From: Monocercomonoides exilis PA203
Taxonomy: Eukaryota; Protista; Preaxostyla
Direction: 5' to 3'
Assembly (NCBI GenBank): GCA_001643675.2
Contig: LSRY02000001.1
Location: forward strand, 992,001-1,056,000
DNA: 64,000 bases
Each line of letters starts with the position of its first letter. Position 1 is the first letter of the stretch. Shown piece after piece: positions 58,415-64,000 of the stretch. The position numbers and the translations under genes were made by a program. Below the pieces are notes generated by a model. That model ran no database searches. It was not told where the DNA came from and saw only the letters and a program-made list of their open reading frames with translations.

Positions 58415-60008
58415 TCAAAGAGACAAAACATCCTCAATATCTTGAAATGAAGGTCTTTCCGGCAGAATTTTCTTAACTCTATTTAGTCCAACAAGCGGAG
58501 CAGCCACATTTCCAGGACCACCAATACATCCTCCATCACAACACATAACTTCCAACAAATTTCCTGGAATTTCTTCTTTTCTATCTGACCAATTTTTAAG
58601 CTTCTTAAATGATGTTTTATTCAGCGGAGACACAAATATCGGAGCAAGTGTAACATCGTCATCGCTGAGAGTCCCCGTCTCATCCTTTATAACTCGAAGG
58701 GCTTTTGGAGCAGCATGAATAACAGCTTGAGTGACTCCCTGTGTAACACAATAGAATGAAGATTCCATTGAAGGAAGTCTTGTTGATTGTGGATCACCTT
58801 TCCCTTCCATCTTCGAAACATCAACTTCACAAGCTTCAAAGATACACGATAGTTCCATTGCTGTCAACACATAGTCAGTATTATCTTTCATAAGAGCTTC
58901 TGTTCGCTTTGCTGTACATGGTCCCACAAAAACTGTGATGCACGTTGGATCTCGCTTTTTCAATAAATCTCCTGTGTATACCATGGGAGACTGCGTGTGA
59001 GAGACAAAAGGCTCCAACCCCTTTAGATGAACTTGAGTGCATCGCACCCAAGCTGGGCAACAGGAAGTCGCAAGCAGCTTTTGCTTTCCCATTGCCACTT
59101 CCTCAAAGTACTCTTTAGACTCAGTCAACGAAGTTGTATCTGCTCCAAGTGCAACCTCGACCATATCTGCAAAGCCACACTTTTTACAAGCAGCTCGCAA
59201 TTGAACAGACGTTCCTGAAAATTGTCCCAATACAGCTGGTGCAACCATGGCAATGACATTTTCTCCCTTTTTTATCTGAGAAATAACATCAACAACTTCA
59301 GAAGGCATTACAATTGCTCCAAAAGGGCAACGAACAGAGCATCTCCCGCAGTGAATGCATTTAGAAGGATCAATTATACTATGACCGCTGGAGCTCCTTG
59401 AAATGGCATCTACGGGACAATCATCCATACACGGAATTCGTTTCTTAATGATTGCTGAATAAGGGCAAACCTTGACACACATACCACATCCAATGCATTT
59501 ATCTTTATCAATCACTGAATGACCATCTTCGATGGTAACTGCTTTTTTTGGGCAGTTGGCAACACACGGGCGTGCAACACATCCTTCACAAGCATTTGTT
59601 GAGAAAATATTGCATTCTCCGCATTTGTGGCAAGCTTCAGTAATTACTGATGCTCCGGGCAGATAATCTTGTTTTTTTCGATTTATAGTTTCTTTCAAAC
59701 TTTGTGAAAGCGGTTTTGATGGAGGTGCCAAAGAATTTATTAATTCTCCAACAATTGATTGTAATTGGCGATAGCACACAATTCGTTCTTTTTCAAGCAT
59801 AAAATAATAAAGAAATCACTGCATTTTAAAATATCAACAAACCAACATCGATAGAATTGAAATAAGATGGCAGTCTTTCCTTTGGATACAATTCTTCAGG
59901 AATATTGTCTATTGTTTCTTCTAATGTTCCATCAAACATTCCCCTGCAAACTTTTACCATTAATTCGCGATAATTTTGAGTGGCTTGATTTTTTGTACCG
60001 ACAATCAT
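58415..60008 (-). CDS. hydA: Monomeric [FeFe]-hydrogenase, group B type, with N-terminal [4Fe-4S] ferredoxin motifs
   Basis: H-cluster motifs TSCCPAW, GPCTAKRTEA and EVMCCDGGCIGG; ferredoxin motifs CIGCGMCVKVCP, CIHCGRCSVRCP and CEGCVARPCVANCP; one predicted intron 59788-59842. Confidence 0.95.
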
Positions 60009-60122
60009 TGCTCCAAAACAATATTTTGAATATCTTCAAAAATATTTTTTGATTATTTAAAAAGTGTTGGTCAAGATCAATATATATTAACCATAATAAT
60101 ACCACATTAATTTGAATACATC
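60009..60122. promoter_or_regulatory. Putative bidirectional promoter (114 bp)
   Basis: Lies between divergent ATGs at 60008 (-) and 60123 (+). Confidence 0.55.
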
Positions 60123-63100
60123 ATGCAAAACGAGCCAATTGAAGAGTTTCAATCCCATGAGCTTGCAGAAAACAAATTAGAACAAAATGAAAGAATGAAC
60201 GTCGTTGTAAGGTTTGAAAATTTATTTGCCTTTGAAAAGAAATTAAATATTTAATTGATATTTTATGATAAAGAGCGCGCCCAGAAACAATAGTGGAACA
60301 TGATAAGGGACAGAGAGTTTTAAATTTCATCGATGATTGCAGCATATCGTTTAACAGCACAGATTCAGCATCAGGAAGTTTTCAAACTGTACCAAATATG
60401 AAAAAAGCTTCTGAACAAGTGTACACATTTGATCATGTTTTTGACTCGTACGCTGGACAAGAAGAAGTTTACAAAAACAGTGCAAAGAAAATTGTTCCGT
60501 TTGTTTTCGACGGCTTTAATTGTTCAATATTTGCATATGGTGCAACAGGTTTGGGAAATATTAAAGTTGTTTTTTGCACTTATATGAAATTTATATTTTT
60601 TTTTATGAAAAAGGATCCGGAAAAACCTATACCATGCTTGGGAATGAAATTGTAGGACTTGGAATAATTCCACGAGTTTTGAATGATATATATAGTCATT
60701 TCAAAATCAAGCAAAATGAAAATGACTTTCATCTGTTTCTTTCATACATGGAAGTTTACAATGAAAAAATAAGAGACCTGTTGAATGATTCAACCAGCGA
60801 AGATTTTCGTCCGTTTTTGACAAGTGAAAGAAATTTAGAAATTCGAGAAGATGTAAATGGAGGAATAAGTGTTTGCGGTCTTTCTGTGCATTCACCATCA
60901 TCAATAGACGAAGCACTTTCATTGATTTCTTTTGGAAACAGATCTCGTGCTGTTGCTTCAACAGAAGCAAATGCCTTGTCATCACGCTCCCATGCAATTC
61001 TTCAAATTACAATTGAATCCATGAAAAAGACAAAAGAACAAGATCCAGTATTTATCAGTGGAAAATTGAGTCTAATTGATTTAGCTGGATCAGAAAGAGC
61101 TTCTGTAACCCAAAACAAAGGGCAGCGGATGAGAGAAGGGGCAAACATAAACAGGTCTCTTTTGGCACTTGGGAATTGTATCAATGCATTGAGTGAAGGG
61201 AAGCAGGGAGTGTTTGTCCCATACAGAGATAGCAAATTGACAAGATTGTTGAAAGATTCGCTGGGCGGAACAGCGAAATCTGTAATGATTGCAAATGTGT
61301 CGCCATCAAGTCTCTGCAGCGAAGATACAAAAAACACATTGAAATATGCGAACAGAGCCAAAAATATCAAGGTGAAAGCTATTCGAAACAGTTCTCCATT
61401 TTTGGATGCAAAAAGATGCACAGAGATTATTAATTCTCTTCGAACTGAAATCGATGATCTCAAATTACAACTCTCAAAGGTAGCTTCCGTTCAAAACATC
61501 GAAAAACGAAATGAATTAAAAGAAGCTGCTGAGAGAACTTTCGATGATCAGCACATTATTGCTCATTCATCCTCAGAATCAAGTTCTGGATCTCAGCAAA
61601 CACAGCCAGAAACAGATAAAGAGGCGTCAACCAAATCAAGTGATGAAGAAGAAAGTGAAACGGAAAAGATGAAGCAGGAATTGAACAATTTGTTCACATC
61701 TCGATGCGACGTTGCAAGGCAAATAGTAGAAACATCAACAAAACTTTCTTCATTAAGCGGAGAAATAAAGCGAAAGAGACGATTTCTTCTTTTATGGCAT
61801 CGAATGAACCCGCACGTTCGTGCAGAAGATAGCCCATCAGAACTAAGGGCAACAAAAAGAGAGATGATGAGAATGGTCTCTGAAGAGAAGAAGTGTGTGT
61901 CGAGGAAGAAGTCTCTAACAAAAGAAAGAGACTCTCTGGAGCAACTTACTGAACGACTTGTCGCGCTTATTCCAAAGAGAACGCAAAGCGATGAATGCAA
62001 AAAACAGCTGGATGAAATCGTGCGAATGCGGATGATGGAGCTTAAGGAAGTGGAATATGAACACGAAAGCCAGAAAATGCAGAATAGTTTGCGCGAAGCT
62101 GATGAAGAAGTCGGTGACATGCGAGGGGCTATTGAGAAAATGGGAGAAGCAACTGAGTTGTTTTTCAAGACGTTAGTTGAAAAAGGAATAGCAAATGAGC
62201 TCTTGTGTTCACAATATATTCAAGCTCATTGGCTATGGAAAACATTTACTGAGCAAAAGTTCCAATCATCAAAATTACAATCATCTCCCTATCATTCAGC
62301 AAAAGTACCAGAAATATTGGAAGCAGCTAATTTCTATCAATCGCTTGCTGATCTTTCTCCACCAGCACCTTCTCCTCAACAAAAAGATCAGCAGAAAAAG
62401 TCATCTCCGTTATCTCCAGTAACTTCAATTCCAAATACCTCAGAATTATATAATCAATTGATGACTCCACAAAATCCAGGTTTTTCGATCCAAATACCAC
62501 AGCAGCCCTTGAAACAGAATATGTCTGATGAAAAAACTACTCCTCTTTTGGATTTTGCATACAAAATGCGAGATTTCAAAAACGATTCAAGTGCGATGTG
62601 GAATTCATCAGCTCAGTCAGCCCAGACAACACCTTCACCATATCGCACTTCTTATGGATTGGATACATTTTTCGCAACTCCATCTCCATCGCACTCACTT
62701 TCAACTGTTTCACCAGTGACTCCGTCAACGATGTCAATTACACCTTCTCCTGCACATCTCTTTTCCCCTTCTTCATTTGCAAGCACCCCATCACTTTCTT
62801 CCTTTTTTTCATTTCGTTCTGTATCTCCTCAATCATTTCATTCTTCTTTGAGTTCTGCACCATCTTCAGAAAATCATCAATCACAACAACCTTTTTCAAT
62901 ATTCCAGTCGGCTCAAGATTCCGAAAACAAACAAAGAAATCCTTTGCGAACACCAGATTTTTCAAGAAATGCGGGACAAACACCAAATTCTGAAAAATTT
63001 AGTTCAAATAGACTCAGCACTGTTCGAGAATCTCATGATGAATCCATCACATTGCACGAACAGCTTAATAATGATAGGCCATCAAATGCGCCAGCATCTA

Positions 63101-64000
63101 ACACTGCATCTCCAAGTGGATCTGATCTTGTTAATCAATCTCCATCAACTTCTCAGATAGCATCAAATTGTTCTTCTCCCAATTCCATTCCAACGACAAC
63201 ACAACTACCTTTTAGCCATTCTCAAACATTTTCATCCGAACAAAATTCAGCATTCACGAATCATAGTGCAAGTTGTTCCTCTACATCGCCATTTAGAAAT
63301 GGGGCATCAAATGAAGCTTGGACAGACGATACCAATTTATCTGATGTTGGAGCCTTGCCGTCTCAAGATGCCTTTTTATCATCAATGCACCCCACACCCA
63401 TTCGCTCTCCAAAGCGTGCTCTTTCGACTCCTCAACGTTTTCCTACACAGGTCACGTATGAAACAAACTCAGCAACAGCGAAACGAAAATCATTCAAAGA
63501 AATTAACCTTCCCCCAAAAACTCCATCTTCAATGAAGAAGCCAAACACAGCTTCGTCTTCTTTTCGTCCAAGCAATCAAAACAAGATCATTTCTTCAAAT
63601 ACAACCCCAATACAAAAGAAACGCGCAAAATCATCATCAAGTTACAAACTTAGTTATTCCGCAAAGAAGAGAGCTGCTTCCACTTCATCTCAATCTCCTT
63701 TACAAACTTTTTCTTTTGGGCAGGATGCAACTCACCGCACTTCAAATCATTCACATACTTCTCTTCTCTCAACATTTCGCGAATCGGAACAATCCTCTTC
63801 AGAACCTGTTTCTGGCTCTTCTTTTATTTCTTCAACTCCAATTGTGTCACATACACCTTCCTCTGCCCCTTCGACTGTACCAATTCGGACTCATTCCACG
63901 AATGACACCCTCTCATCGCTTTCACCCCTAAACACGTCTTTCCTTTCAAGTCCAACTGCTTTAAACCAAGAAAACACTTCATCTATGATTAATGATCGCA
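60123..64000 (+). CDS. Kinesin-8 family motor (KIF18/KIF19-like), 3' end outside window
   Basis: Introns 60212-60273 and 60549-60613 restore VVVRARP and the P-loop YGATGSGKT. Also SSRSHA, LIDLAGSERAS..EGANINRSLLALGNCINAL, PYRDSKLTRLLKDSLGG and DTKNTLKYANRAKNI, followed by a coiled coil and an S/P/T-rich tail open to the window end. Confidence 0.95.

Noticed and set aside
1-64000. tRNA, rRNA, snoRNA or ribozyme genes
   Set aside because: None was recognisable by eye; a covariance-model search would be needed to exclude them.

Overview
Eukaryotic, intron-containing, AT-rich DNA in the standard genetic code. The gene families present (giant cysteine-rich membrane proteins with a degenerate kinase tail, a recurrent alpha-helical multigene family, a presequence-less [FeFe]-hydrogenase) point to an anaerobic metamonad, most probably the oxymonad Monocercomonoides. 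That assignment is inferred from recalled protein families, not from a search. Two compact host-gene blocks flank the window. Left block (1-10.6 kb): RS/Ser-rich protein, membrane-anchored S41-family peptidase homologue, CCDC148-like gene. Right block (58.4-64 kb): group B [FeFe]-hydrogenase head-to-head with a kinesin-8. Between them is a ~47 kb accessory region holding an IS630/Tc1 element, three pogo-type DD35D transposases sharing one intron position, a Tc3-like relic, a Merlin element, two MITE families, several pseudogenes and a ~3030-aa receptor pseudokinase. The strongest candidate new system is gene-family mobilisation by transposase-less 'Pack' elements. (i) A 5.6 kb element with 330-bp TIRs (45758-51391) carries a scrambled mosaic of the giant surface-protein family, including a 531-bp tract almost identical to the neighbouring full-length gene. 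(ii) A piggyBac-type CCC..GGG/TTAA element (21402-24252) carries an intron-containing member of another expanded host family. All coordinates and alignments were read by eye; exon boundaries are predictions.
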